Numbered from the stretch's first letter, positions 26,093 through 35,955 are shown. The stretch is DNA of 64,000 nt from Verrucomicrobiota bacterium (GCA_046346665.1 JAXMHQ010000001.1:131896-195895); one strand, 5' to 3'. Notes: generated by a model not told the origin, from the letters alone. Program-made: numbers and translations.

Positions 26093-28165
26093 ATGAACAT
26101 CCGGCATAGTGCCCAGATTGCGTCCTGGGGGCTCCGAATCGCTGTCGCTTGCGCGGCGGCGTGGGCGTGGAGCGCGTTTGCCGCGCCGTCCCGGCAGGAA
26201 TACCTCGATCACTGGCGCAGCCTCACCGCCCCGCCCGGAGATCCCGTCCGCGTCTTCGTCAACGGAAACCGCATCCGCTTCTTCTTCAATACCGAATCCA
26301 ACATCGTGGAATACGAGGGATCCTGGAATCACCGCCGTGTTCCGTCGGACAGTTACGCGGTGAACTCGGCGCTGTTGCGGTGGACGGCCACCCTGCCCCG
26401 CCAGCCCGACCTGCGCAAGAGCTGGCGCGAGGCGACGGTGATCGCCGGATCCGAATGGCGGCGGCTCTCGACGAACCTGGTGCAGGAACTCACGCCCGCG
26501 GAACCCGGGCACGGCGCCTGTTACCAGGCGTTCCTGGGCGATCGCGTGTTCTTCCGGACGGCGCTGGGTGCCGTGCGGTCGATTCCGCAGGGCGATGTGC
26601 CCGAGCAGATCGTGATCGACCACCGGTATTCGGTGGATGAAACGCTGGATGTGCTGTCGGTGAAGGTGGAGGAGCAGCTCGTGCGGACGCATCCGGGGGA
26701 CAATTTGTTCCTGATCATGGCGCCAGATTCCGGCCGGTTCACGCAGCCGCTGCTGCTGGATCGCCAGCAGAAACAATGCATCTGGCTCTCCCCCGCGGCG
26801 CTGTATGACACCACCGAGCGCGGGCCGGGATTCGCGGCGTCGCTGCGGGGGTTTGCCGCCCTGATTTTCGAAAGCCACGGACTGGCTTTGATCAAGAACC
26901 CGGTGTCCTGCGCGGCGCGGCTGGCGGACCTGGGCGTGCAGAGCGCCGTGCACCTGCTCCAATTGCCGCTCCCGAAACCCGGCGTGGAACGCGCGGCGCT
27001 CTCGCAGACCAACGGCATGGACCTTCAGGCCTGGGAAAAATGGCTGGACACCTACACCGGCACGCGGCGCGAGCAGGGATCGATCGAATTGCTCATCGAC
27101 GGGGACCGGTTTTATTCCCGGCTGCAACACGCGATCGCGGGCGCCACAAACCATATCTCGGTCAACGTTTTCATTTTCGACCGGGACGACGTGGCGGTGT
27201 CGATCGCGGACGAATTGAAGCGGCGCTCGACGGAAGTGGAGGTGCGGGTGATCCTGGACCAGTTAGGCAGCCTCGGGGCGGGCCTCGCGCCGCCCACCAC
27301 GCCCATGGCGGAGGATTTCGTCATGCCCACGTCGATCGTGGATTACTTGAGAAGCGGCTCCGACGTCCATGTCCGCCCGTTCCTCAATCCGTGGCTGTCG
27401 ACGGATCATTCGAAAGTCTACCTGGTGGACGGCACACAGGCGTGGATCGGGGGCATGAACCTCGGGCGCGAATACCGGTATGAGTGGCACGACCTGATGA
27501 TCCAACTGGGCGGGCCGGTGGTGGGTTCGCTTGAGAATGAATTCGCCCGGCACTGGGCGCACGAGGGGCCGCTGGGGGATTTGTCATACGCCGCGGCGCT
27601 GTTGAGCCCGGGAAAGGCGTGGCCGGCGGGCACGAATGCCGGCAACTGGATCCCCCTGCGGCGGCTGCCGAGCCGGACCGGGTGGAAACCCTACAGCGCG
27701 GCGGTGCACGGAGCCATCGAGAAGGCGCGCGGTTATATTTACGTGGAAAATCCCTACCTGTTCGACAAGAACGTCATCTCCGAACTCGTCCTGGCCCGCC
27801 GCCGCGGGGTGGATGTGCGCGTCGTGCTCCCGCGGGTGAACGATTTCAAAACAGGCGGGCGCAGCAACCTGGTCATCGCCAATTATCTCCATGAACAGGG
27901 AGTGCGGGTTTATTTCTATCCGGGCATGACGCACGTCAAGGCGCTGCTCGCGGACGGCTGGGCGTGCGTCGGATCGGGCAACCTGACGCATCTCAGCCTG
28001 CACCTGAGCCAGGAGGAAAACATCGCGACGTCCGATCCGGCCTTCGCCGCGGAGTTGAAGAAAGCCCTGTTCGAACAGGATTTCGCGAGGAGCTACGAAT
28101 TGAACCAGCCGATTTCGGTGGACTGGGTCGACACGCTGGCGGACACGGTGCTGGAGAGTTTTTGA
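26093..28165 (+). CDS. secreted phospholipase D / cardiolipin synthase-like (two HKD motifs) protein with ~370-aa N-terminal domain of unknown function
   Basis: HKD motif 1 HSKVYLVDGTQAWIGGMN and motif 2 HVKALLADGWACVGSGN. The signal-peptide-like start MNIRHSAQIASWGLRIAVACAAAWAWSAFA is at internal ATG 26093. Confidence 0.8.
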   Translation: MNIRHSAQIASWGLRIAVACAAAWAWSAFAAPSRQEYLDHWRSLTAPPGDPVRVFVNGNRIRFFFNTESNIVEYEGSWNHRRVPSDSYAVNSALLRWTATLPRQPDLRKSWREATVIAGSEWRRLSTNLVQELTPAEPGHGACYQAFLGDRVFFRTALGAVRSIPQGDVPEQIVIDHRYSVDETLDVLSVKVEEQLVRTHPGDNLFLIMAPDSGRFTQPLLLDRQQKQCIWLSPAALYDTTERGPGFAASLRGFAALIFESHGLALIKNPVSCAARLADLGVQSAVHLLQLPLPKPGVERAALSQTNGMDLQAWEKWLDTYTGTRREQGSIELLIDGDRFYSRLQHAIAGATNHISVNVFIFDRDDVAVSIADELKRRSTEVEVRVILDQLGSLGAGLAPPTTPMAEDFVMPTSIVDYLRSGSDVHVRPFLNPWLSTDHSKVYLVDGTQAWIGGMNLGREYRYEWHDLMIQLGGPVVGSLENEFARHWAHEGPLGDLSYAAALLSPGKAWPAGTNAGNWIPLRRLPSRTGWKPYSAAVHGAIEKARGYIYVENPYLFDKNVISELVLARRRGVDVRVVLPRVNDFKTGGRSNLVIANYLHEQGVRVYFYPGMTHVKALLADGWACVGSGNLTHLSLHLSQEENIATSDPAFAAELKKALFEQDFARSYELNQPISVDWVDTLADTVLESF

Positions 28166-28217
28166 AGCCGCATGGCCGGGACTGCGGTTGGGATGAAACG
28201 AGGCGTTGTGGTGCGGG

Positions 28218-29135
28218 TTACTTTGATGGGTTCAGCCAGCCGCGACTGCGCATCCAATCGGCTGCGCGATCCGGCCAGGTGGTGATCGGGTTGTCGGTGC
28301 GGCGCAACCCATAGCCATGACCGCCGGTTGGGTAGATGTGCAATTCGAAGGGAACCTTGGATTCCTGCAACGATTCCGCATAGCGAAGAACGTTTTCGAC
28401 GCGAACGCGATCGTCCTGCGCCATGAGGAGGAACGTCGGCGGGGTGTGGCTGGAAACCGCAACTTCCGCTCCCGGGGAGGCGTCCGCCGGGGCATGTACC
28501 AGGCCGCCGGGATAGATCAGCAATTGAAAATCCGGGCGGCACGATTGCTCATCCGCCGCGTCCACGCGGGGATAGGCGCGGGTGGCGCTCTGGGCGCACA
28601 GCGTGGCGCACAAGTGGCCTCCGGCCGAGAAGCCCAGCACCCCGATCCGGTGCGGATCGATGCCGAATTCCGAGGAACGGGACCGGAGAATGCCCATGGC
28701 GCGTTGCACGTCCTGCAGCGGGGCCACATATTTGGGTGCACCTTCGCGGGCGGGGACGCGGTACTTGAGGAGCACACCCGTTACGCCAATGGAATCAAGC
28801 CATTCACAGACCTCTGTGCCTTCGAGGTCGTAGGCGAGAATGTTGTATCCGCCTCCCGGACAAACCACCACCGCGGCGCCGTTCTGTTTGCCGGAAGCAG
28901 GGCGGTAAACCGTGAGGGTCGGCCGGGTGACGTCTCCGAGGCGGATGAGAGGTTTCCCGGCAATGAGGTTATCGGAAGGTTGGGTCGTGTCGTGTTCCAC
29001 CAGGGCCAGGTTGGTTTCACCCGGGGCGCCGGAGGGCCAGAGCGCGATGGGTGCGGAAACATCGGCCGCAAGCACCGCGGTTGCCAGGAGGCTGATCCCG
29101 AGAAAACAGACGAGAGAAAACCTTTCAAAGTTCAT
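28218..29135 (-). CDS. secreted alpha/beta hydrolase (esterase/lipase, Abhydrolase_3/BD-FAE-like)
   Basis: Signal peptide. CPGGGY oxyanion-type motif and the nucleophile elbow GFSAGGHL. Confidence 0.8.
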   Translation of the reverse strand: MNFERFSLVCFLGISLLATAVLAADVSAPIALWPSGAPGETNLALVEHDTTQPSDNLIAGKPLIRLGDVTRPTLTVYRPASGKQNGAAVVVCPGGGYNILAYDLEGTEVCEWLDSIGVTGVLLKYRVPAREGAPKYVAPLQDVQRAMGILRSRSSEFGIDPHRIGVLGFSAGGHLCATLCAQSATRAYPRVDAADEQSCRPDFQLLIYPGGLVHAPADASPGAEVAVSSHTPPTFLLMAQDDRVRVENVLRYAESLQESKVPFELHIYPTGGHGYGLRRTDNPITTWPDRAADWMRSRGWLNPSK

Positions 29136-29239
29136 GGGCCGGATTCAACCCGAGAACTCCCGGAGTCGCAATCCCGCATCCCGCCTTTCGAAGGAGGAGC
29201 GGACGGCTATGGGTGGTAATTCGCCTTGAGCCCGCCGCG

Positions 29240-29731
29240 TTACCCGCGGACCGCCAGCGCGGAATGGATGGAGGCTTCGAGCTCGGGCCCGTTAATGGGC
29301 TTGGGCAGGAACGCCGCCGCGCCAGCCGCGGAGGCGCGCTGTTTGAATTCCGCCCGATCCGCGCCACTGATCATGATGAACGGAATTTTCGAATTGGAAT
29401 TCACACGCTGCACCCATTCGCAAATCAGGAATCCGTTCCACGGCACACCGCCGCCATGGCTGACGTCCGGCGGGAAATCCACGTCGAGCAACATCAGGTC
29501 CGGACGCGTGGTGCGGGTGCTGGTGATGGCTTCGGATCCGTCGCGGGCGGTCAGGACCTGGTAACCCAGCGACTTCAGCTTGAGCGTGAGCGCCTGCAGC
29601 ACGACGGGGTCGTCGTCGGCGACCAGGATGCGCTTGCCATTGGAGGGAACGGGCGCCGCAGGTTCGGGCGCCGTGACCGCGGAAGCGGGTTTGACGGCTT
29701 CCGCACAGGATTTTCTACGGCTGAAAAACAT
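29240..29731 (-). CDS. single-domain response regulator (REC)
   Basis: KRILVADDDP...DLMLLDVDFPPD...FLPKP receiver-domain pattern after a ~30-aa N-terminal extension. Confidence 0.8.
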   Translation of the reverse strand: MFFSRRKSCAEAVKPASAVTAPEPAAPVPSNGKRILVADDDPVVLQALTLKLKSLGYQVLTARDGSEAITSTRTTRPDLMLLDVDFPPDVSHGGGVPWNGFLICEWVQRVNSNSKIPFIMISGADRAEFKQRASAAGAAAFLPKPINGPELEASIHSALAVRG

Positions 29732-29963
29732 GCCTCAATATGGGCCGCCCCCGCGCGTTCCGCAAAACCGTTGATTACGGAACCCTCCGGAAATCCCCCC
29801 GGGCCGCGCACCGGATTTCACCGGGGGTCACCGGAAATCGGCAGCCTGTTTTTTCCCGCAGCCCGGCCCCGCACGCGTTCAAAATTCCTTCCCCGCATGA
29901 AAATGCGGCTCATCCCGATGAAAACAGCTTGTCCGGACATTCTCGCCGGTGTACTTAAATAAC

Positions 29964-31403
29964 ATGTCCAAACGCGACTTTCTCTCCTCGTCGTCCATGA
30001 CCCGCCGTCGGTTTATCTACTCCTCCGCCCTGGCCGGCGCCGCAGCCGCTTGCACTCCGCTGCTCGCGGCGGATTCCAAAATCCTCTCGCCCAACAGCAA
30101 ACTGAACATCGGCGTGATCGGGTTCGGCGGCAAAGGCGCCGGCGACACCGACGCGTGCGCGAGCGAAAACATCGTCGCGCTGTGCGACGTCGATGACCAC
30201 ATCGGCGCATCGGTCCGGTCCAAATATCCCAAGGCCAAGTATTACCAGGATTACCGCAAGATGCTGGATGCGGAGAAGAGCCTGGACGCGGTGGTGATTG
30301 CGACGCCCGACCACACGCACGCGGTGATCGCGGCGCACGCGATGCAGATGGGCAAGAACATTTACTGCCAGAAACCGCTGACCCAGACGATTTACGAGGC
30401 CCGGCTGCTGAGGAAAATGGCCCGCGACACCAAGGTCGTCACGCAGATGGGCAACCAGGGCAGCGCCGAGGACGGCCTGCGCCGCGCCGTCGAAGTCATC
30501 CAGTCCGGCATCATCGGCCCGGTCCGGGAAGTCTACGTCTGGAGCAGCCGCCCCGTCTGGCCGCAGGGCATCGACCGGCCGCCCGGCTCGGACCCGATCC
30601 CGGAAGGATTCGATTGGGACCTGTGGATCGGCCCGGCGCCGATGCGGCCGTTCAAGAAGGATGTGTATCATCCGTTCAACTGGCGCGGGTGGATGGATTT
30701 CGGGACGGGCGCGCTCGGGGACATGGCCTGTCACACGGTGAACATGCCGTTCCGCGCGTTGAAACTGGGTTACCCGACCGAGGTGGAGGCGCTGCTGCCG
30801 TTGACGAACAAGGAAACCTACCCGCTCAAGTCGAAGATCCGCTTCCAGTTCCCCGAACGCGAGGGGCTGGTCCCGCTCACGTTCTGGTGGTACGACGGCG
30901 GCAACCTGCTTCCCGACGCCCGGAACTGGCATATCCAGGACAACAGCAACAAGCCGCCGCGCGAAGTCACGGCCGACGTGGAACGCCTGCTGGACAAGGT
31001 GCCGGACAGCGGCTGCCTGCTCATTGGCGACAAGGGCAAGGTGTTCGCCCCGGACGATTACGGCACGCGCTTCTTCCTCAAGCTCGCGGACGAGCCGGAT
31101 TTCATCGACGGCAAGGATCATCCCGCCGTCAAAGCCATTCCCCAGACCATTCCGCGCAACGAATTCAAGGGCAGTTCCGACCTGCGCCAGCACCTGGAAT
31201 GGATTGCCGCCTGCAAAGGCGGGAAGCCGGGGTATTCGAACTTCGACATCGCCGCCTACCTCACGGAAATCATCCTGCTCGGCTGCGTGGCGATGCGGGT
31301 CGGCAAGAAGATCGAATGGGACGGCCCGAACATGCGCGCCACAAACGCCCCCGAAGCCGCCCAGTTCATCAAGCGCGATTACCGGAACGGCTGGCAGATT
31401 TGA
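29964..31403 (+). CDS. Gfo/Idh/MocA family oxidoreductase with twin-arginine (Tat) signal
   Basis: MSKRDFLSSSSMTRRRFIYSSALAGAAAA Tat signal. Rossmann motif IGVIGFGGKGAGD and ATPDHTHA. Confidence 0.9.
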   Translation: MSKRDFLSSSSMTRRRFIYSSALAGAAAACTPLLAADSKILSPNSKLNIGVIGFGGKGAGDTDACASENIVALCDVDDHIGASVRSKYPKAKYYQDYRKMLDAEKSLDAVVIATPDHTHAVIAAHAMQMGKNIYCQKPLTQTIYEARLLRKMARDTKVVTQMGNQGSAEDGLRRAVEVIQSGIIGPVREVYVWSSRPVWPQGIDRPPGSDPIPEGFDWDLWIGPAPMRPFKKDVYHPFNWRGWMDFGTGALGDMACHTVNMPFRALKLGYPTEVEALLPLTNKETYPLKSKIRFQFPEREGLVPLTFWWYDGGNLLPDARNWHIQDNSNKPPREVTADVERLLDKVPDSGCLLIGDKGKVFAPDDYGTRFFLKLADEPDFIDGKDHPAVKAIPQTIPRNEFKGSSDLRQHLEWIAACKGGKPGYSNFDIAAYLTEIILLGCVAMRVGKKIEWDGPNMRATNAPEAAQFIKRDYRNGWQI

Positions 31404-31407
31404 GGCG

Positions 31408-31475
31408 TGGGGTGTTGGAGTAATGGAGTATTGGATTACCGGGACCCATCACTCCACCACTCCACCACCCCATTC
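31408..31475. repeat. word-periodic hairpin (GGAGTAATGGAGT / ACTCCACCACTCC family) after the Gfo/Idh/MocA stop
   Basis: tggggtgttggagtaatggagtattggattacc ... ccatcactccaccactccaccaccccattcc (imperfect). Confidence 0.65.
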
Positions 31476-31527
31476 CCCCCCCGATCTGCCTTGTCCGAAA
31501 CCATCGGCCCGGCTTACTCTCTAGCAT

Positions 31528-32226
31528 ATGAAGAGAACGATTTCTGATTCGTGGTTTTCGTGGTTGGGCTGCGTGATCATCGCGTGCTGGCTGGCGGCCG
31601 CCGCGACGGCGTCGGCGGACGGCACCAACCTGGTTCCGCTCAAACTCAAGCTCCCCTCGCCCGCCTTCGTGGGAACGCCCGTGAACCTGCAGATTGGACC
31701 GGAAGTCGAGCCAATGCCCAAGGGCCCGCGGCCGCCGTTCCTGGTGCCCGCCGGACTGACCAACCTGGCCCCCGCCGGCAAACTCACCTGCAGCGACACC
31801 AACGCCAGCCCGGATGCCCTCGCCAAAATCGTCGACGGCAACAAGGACCTGACGGACGGCAGCGTGGTGCTGATCCGGAAGGGCCCGCAGTATGTTCAGT
31901 TCGATTTAGGCGCCCCGGAGGAAATCTACGCGATCCTGATCTGGCACGCTTATGACGCGCCGAAAATTTACCGCGACGTGGTGGTCCAGGTGGCGGACGA
32001 CGCCGCGTTCACGCAGAATGTCCGGACGCTGTTCAACAACGATCGCGAGAACCACGCGGGCCGCGGCGCGGGCACGGACAAGCAGTATTTTGAGACCAAC
32101 GAGGGACGGCTCATTGACGCGAAGGGCCAGGTGGCGCAGTTCGTCCGCACGTATTCTCGCGGGAGCACCGAGAGCGCGTTGAACGAGTACACCGAAGTGG
32201 AGATTTACGGACGCCCGGCGAAATGA
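31528..32226 (+). CDS. secreted F5/8 type C (discoidin, galactose-binding-like) domain protein
   Basis: Signal peptide. KIVDGNKDL......PQYVQFDLG...IYAILIWH.......VVVQVADDAAF and the terminal EVEIYG follow the discoidin-domain pattern. Confidence 0.65.
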   Translation: MKRTISDSWFSWLGCVIIACWLAAAATASADGTNLVPLKLKLPSPAFVGTPVNLQIGPEVEPMPKGPRPPFLVPAGLTNLAPAGKLTCSDTNASPDALAKIVDGNKDLTDGSVVLIRKGPQYVQFDLGAPEEIYAILIWHAYDAPKIYRDVVVQVADDAAFTQNVRTLFNNDRENHAGRGAGTDKQYFETNEGRLIDAKGQVAQFVRTYSRGSTESALNEYTEVEIYGRPAK

Positions 32227-33728
32227 CCCGCGGCCTTCTTCCCGGGATCCTGCTGGCGGCGCTCATCGCCCTCCTCCTCCGCTGGCCCGGGCTGGAACAG
32301 AGGCCGTTCCATAACGACGAAGCCGTCAACGCGGTCAAGTTCGGCCAGCTCTGGAACGGGGACGGCTACCGCTACGATCCCAACGAACATCACGGCCCAG
32401 TCCTGGCCTATGCCACCTGCGCCTGGGCGGGCGCAACCGGCGGGGGACCGTTGTCCGGCTTCACGGAGGCGCGATTCCGGCAACTCACCGCGCTGTTTGG
32501 CGTCGCCCTGATTCTCCTGCTTCCGCTCCTCGCCGACGGCCTCGGTGCCGCGGCGGCGTTTTGGTCGGCTTGCCTGCTGGCCGTTTCGCCGGCCATGGTT
32601 TTCTACAGCCGCGATTACATCCATGAAATGCTGCTGGCCTTTTTCACTTTCCTGGCGCTGGCCGCAGCCTGGCGGTATTCATGCACACGCGGGATCGGCT
32701 GGGCAATCCTGGCCGGCGCGGCCGCCGGGCTCGCGCAGGCCACCAAGGAAACGTTTGTCCTGGCCGGAATCGCCGCCGCCGTCGCCTGGCTGCTGAACCG
32801 GTTCTGCGAATCCAGGATTTACCCGGCCCAGGCTGCCGGGCGGCGGCGGCTGAATCGGCGTCACCTGGCCGCCGGACTCGTTTCGGGACTGGTTGCGGCG
32901 GGAGTTCTTTACAGCTCGTTTTTCCAGCATCGGGCCGGAATCATCGATGCCTTCCGCGCTTTTGATCCGTGGATTCACCGCGCTGAAGGCGCCTCTCCAC
33001 ATGTTCACCCTGTCGGTTTCTATTTCTCCCGGCTGGCCTCCGGCGAAGGACTCGTGCTGCTGCTCGGCGCTGCCGGCGGCTGGTTCTGCCTGGCAGGCCG
33101 CCGCCCGCGATGCAGCCACGCGGGGTTTCTCAGGTTCCTGGCGTTTTACACGGCGATCCTGACGCTGATTTACTGCGCGATTCCCTACAAAACGCCCTGG
33201 TGCCTGGTGCAGTTCTACCTGGGCTGGGTTCTCCTGGCCGGCATCGGCGCAACCGCGCTGCTGGAACGAATCCCGGGAAGGGCACTGAAGATCCTCGCCA
33301 CGGTTGCCTTGGGCGCCGGGGTCCTGCAACTCGCAGCCCGATCCCGGCGCGCGGCGCTATCGGAAGATCTGCGGCGGAATCCTTATGCCTACGCAGAAAC
33401 CTCCCCGGACGTGCGGGAATTGGTCGCGGCCGTCGAACGCGTGGCCGCCGCCGCACCTCAACCGGCCGAGGTGCGCATCAACGTCGTGGCGCCCGCGGAT
33501 GATTACTGGCCTCTGCCCTGGTACCTGGGCTCGTTCCACGAGATCGGCTGGTGGCATGACCTGCCTGCAGACGCCCCGGCTCCTATCCAAATCCTGTCGC
33601 TGCGCCTTCAAAATCGACCCGGTGACAGTGCCTCCAACATCATCGCCGGGACTTTCGAGCTGCGCCCGGGCAACTTCTTCGAGCTTCAAGTGGAGACAAA
33701 CCTCTGGCAATCGCACCTCGCGCGCTGA
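32223..33728 (+). CDS. TIGR03663/GT39 (PMT_2, ArnT-like) family polytopic membrane glycosyltransferase-like protein
   Basis: LRWPGLEQRPFHNDEAVNAVKF......YRYDPNEHHGPVLAY matches the characteristic N-terminus of the TIGR03663 family, with multiple TM helices. The start overlaps the upstream stop (ATGA). Confidence 0.7.
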   Translation: MTRGLLPGILLAALIALLLRWPGLEQRPFHNDEAVNAVKFGQLWNGDGYRYDPNEHHGPVLAYATCAWAGATGGGPLSGFTEARFRQLTALFGVALILLLPLLADGLGAAAAFWSACLLAVSPAMVFYSRDYIHEMLLAFFTFLALAAAWRYSCTRGIGWAILAGAAAGLAQATKETFVLAGIAAAVAWLLNRFCESRIYPAQAAGRRRLNRRHLAAGLVSGLVAAGVLYSSFFQHRAGIIDAFRAFDPWIHRAEGASPHVHPVGFYFSRLASGEGLVLLLGAAGGWFCLAGRRPRCSHAGFLRFLAFYTAILTLIYCAIPYKTPWCLVQFYLGWVLLAGIGATALLERIPGRALKILATVALGAGVLQLAARSRRAALSEDLRRNPYAYAETSPDVRELVAAVERVAAAAPQPAEVRINVVAPADDYWPLPWYLGSFHEIGWWHDLPADAPAPIQILSLRLQNRPGDSASNIIAGTFELRPGNFFELQVETNLWQSHLAR

Positions 33729-33925
33729 CCCATCTCACTCTCAGGCTGGTTTCGACAAAGCCCCATACTTTTCGGAAAGCACCGGACGTTATCGATACCT
33801 GAGACTTGAAAACCCCGTATGGAAGCATTATTGCCGTCAAAAATCGCTCCATAGGCCCAAATTCGGCTCCATTTTCTGCGGATATCATTCACCGACAAGA
33901 GCTTGCTCTGGTCAGACGAGCCTTA

Positions 33926-34016
33926 CGCAGGTAGGGACGCCGCGCTGCGGCGTCCGCGGTCGGCGCAGCGCGCCGACCCTACCTTTTGCGGCTACGACAT
34001 TTCTTGAGCCGCTCTA
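33926..34016 (+). repeat. 91-bp structured repeat, copy 1 (100% identical to 55537..55627)
   Basis: cgcaggtagggacgccgcgctgcggcgtccgcggtcggcgcagcgcgccgaccctaccttttgcggctacgacatttcttgagccgctcta, compared base by base with the second copy. Confidence 0.95.
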
Positions 34017-34610
34017 GGAGAGCTGATTCGCAATGAAGGCGGCGCACTCGGCGGCGTGGGTCATGGAGATCAGGTGTCCGCCTTCCAGGGCCAGATCCGG
34101 TGCGGGCGGACAGGGAATGATGCGGTCCTTCCGTCCGTGGAGCCGGTAACAGGGAGTGGACGAGGAGTGCAGTCCTTTCCATTGGAACACAGCGTGGCAC
34201 ATTGCCCGGACAAAATCGGTGTCGCTGTCGGCAAACATCAGGGTGAAATCGTGTGGCAAATGGCGCGCGGCGCGACGCAGGGTTTTCCAGGGCGTCACCG
34301 CGGCCAACGGATGGAGCAAGCTGAAGAATCGGTTGATTTCCTGTCGGTGCGTGGCGCTGCCGACGAGGAACAGGGCGCGCAGATTCCGGATCCGGGCGAT
34401 CTCACACGCGACCATGCCGCCCAGCGAAGCGCCGATGACAGTATCCTGATCCTGGATGCCGAAGTGTTCCACCACCTGACGGGCCAGCGCGGGCAGGTCG
34501 CGTTCTCCCCGGTAAGGCGGCCAGTTATGGGCCGCGAAGGACGGGAGCGATTCCCAGGGGCGCGGGAACATCCGCCGATCCGCGCCCATGCCGGGGAGCG
34601 CGTGAATCAT
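34014..34610 (-). CDS. alpha/beta hydrolase fold protein
   Basis: MIHALPGMGAD N-terminus and the nucleophile elbow GASLGGMVA. Confidence 0.65.
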   Translation of the reverse strand: MIHALPGMGADRRMFPRPWESLPSFAAHNWPPYRGERDLPALARQVVEHFGIQDQDTVIGASLGGMVACEIARIRNLRALFLVGSATHRQEINRFFSLLHPLAAVTPWKTLRRAARHLPHDFTLMFADSDTDFVRAMCHAVFQWKGLHSSSTPCYRLHGRKDRIIPCPPAPDLALEGGHLISMTHAAECAAFIANQLS

Positions 34611-34623
34611 GATGTCGTCCGGC

Positions 34624-35955
34624 TCACATCTTCCAGGGCTCGCGGTAGGGCCGGGTCAGGAGCTTGCTGGCATCCGGGTCGTTCAGAATGACTTCCTTCT
34701 CGACGTCCCAGTTGATTTTCCGTCCGACGATCATGGAGATGAGGCCGAGATGGCCGGGGATGGCGGAGTGATGCGCGGTCTGAACCGGTGTGATGGTGGG
34801 CTGCCGGGATTTGACGCAATCGAGGAAGTTGCGCACATGATTCTTCGAGATGTAGAGTTTCACTTTGCGCATTTCCTCGGGCAGCGTTTTGTAATCCTCC
34901 CAATCGGTATTGGAAGCCGCGAACCCGCCGCGGTCGACCCAGACCCAGCCCTTGGTGCCGATCCATTTCGTGCCGCTTTTGATTTCGGGGTGTCCGCCGG
35001 CGATGATCATCTCGATATTCCGCGGGTATTTGAGGCGGATATAATACTTCGTGCAGGTGTTCCAGACGGCGTCGGCGGGCGGGAATTCGCCGTGGCCTTC
35101 CACCTCGGACGGACCGGCGTTGTCGAAATCGAGCCCCCAATGGGCGATGTCGGCATGGTGCCCGACCCAATCCAGGAGTTGTCCGGCGCCGGTGTTGTAA
35201 TTCCAGCGCCAATTCATGTGCACGCGGCCGCGGATGTAAGGCTCCATCTTCGACGGCCCGATCCAGAAATCGTAATCCAGCTCGGGCGGCGGCGGGGTGG
35301 GCGTCATGAACTTGCCGGTCCCGGCGAAGTCGTGGTGGCCCTGGGGCAGTCCGACTTCGACGCGGGTGACATCGCCGATGAGGCCGTTCCGAACGATTTC
35401 GGCGGCCTTGTGGAAATTCGCGACGGAACGCTGCCACGAGCCGGTTTGCCAGATGCGATTGTTTTGTTCGACGGCGCGGACGATGTGCTGTTGCTCGGCG
35501 ATGGTGCGGGCGAGGGGTTTTTCGCCGTAGATATCCTTCTTTTGCCGCGCGGCCTCGGTGGCGACGAGCATGTGCCAATGGTCGGGAATGGCGATCATGA
35601 CGGCGTCGATGTCGGGCCGGGCCATCATTTCGCGGTAATCGTGATAGGATTTGCAATCCTGGTTGCCGTAGTGCGAATTGACGGTATCGACGGCCGACTT
35701 GAGGTGGTCGCGGTCGAGGTCGCAGGCGGCGACCACCTGGCAATCGGCTTGGGAGAGAAAATCGCGGGTATTGCCGGGCCCCTGCATTCCCCAGCCGACG
35801 ATGCCGACGGTGATGCGTTTGGAAGGCGCGGGCCGGTCGGATTGCGCGAACAATCCGGAGGGCAGCAGGGTGGGCAGCGCGGCGGCGGCGGCGGTGCGGG
35901 TGATGAAACGGCGGCGGGAGAATTTGGAGTGGCGCGGCATTTTCGACATAAGCAA
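34624..35955 (-). CDS. Gfo/Idh/MocA family oxidoreductase with Tat signal
   Basis: SRRRFITRTAAAAALPTLL Tat signal. VGIVGWGMQGPGN Rossmann motif and IPDHWH. This is the real frame opposite the spurious ORF 34609..35991. Confidence 0.9.
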   Translation of the reverse strand: MLMSKMPRHSKFSRRRFITRTAAAAALPTLLPSGLFAQSDRPAPSKRITVGIVGWGMQGPGNTRDFLSQADCQVVAACDLDRDHLKSAVDTVNSHYGNQDCKSYHDYREMMARPDIDAVMIAIPDHWHMLVATEAARQKKDIYGEKPLARTIAEQQHIVRAVEQNNRIWQTGSWQRSVANFHKAAEIVRNGLIGDVTRVEVGLPQGHHDFAGTGKFMTPTPPPPELDYDFWIGPSKMEPYIRGRVHMNWRWNYNTGAGQLLDWVGHHADIAHWGLDFDNAGPSEVEGHGEFPPADAVWNTCTKYYIRLKYPRNIEMIIAGGHPEIKSGTKWIGTKGWVWVDRGGFAASNTDWEDYKTLPEEMRKVKLYISKNHVRNFLDCVKSRQPTITPVQTAHHSAIPGHLGLISMIVGRKINWDVEKEVILNDPDASKLLTRPYREPWKM

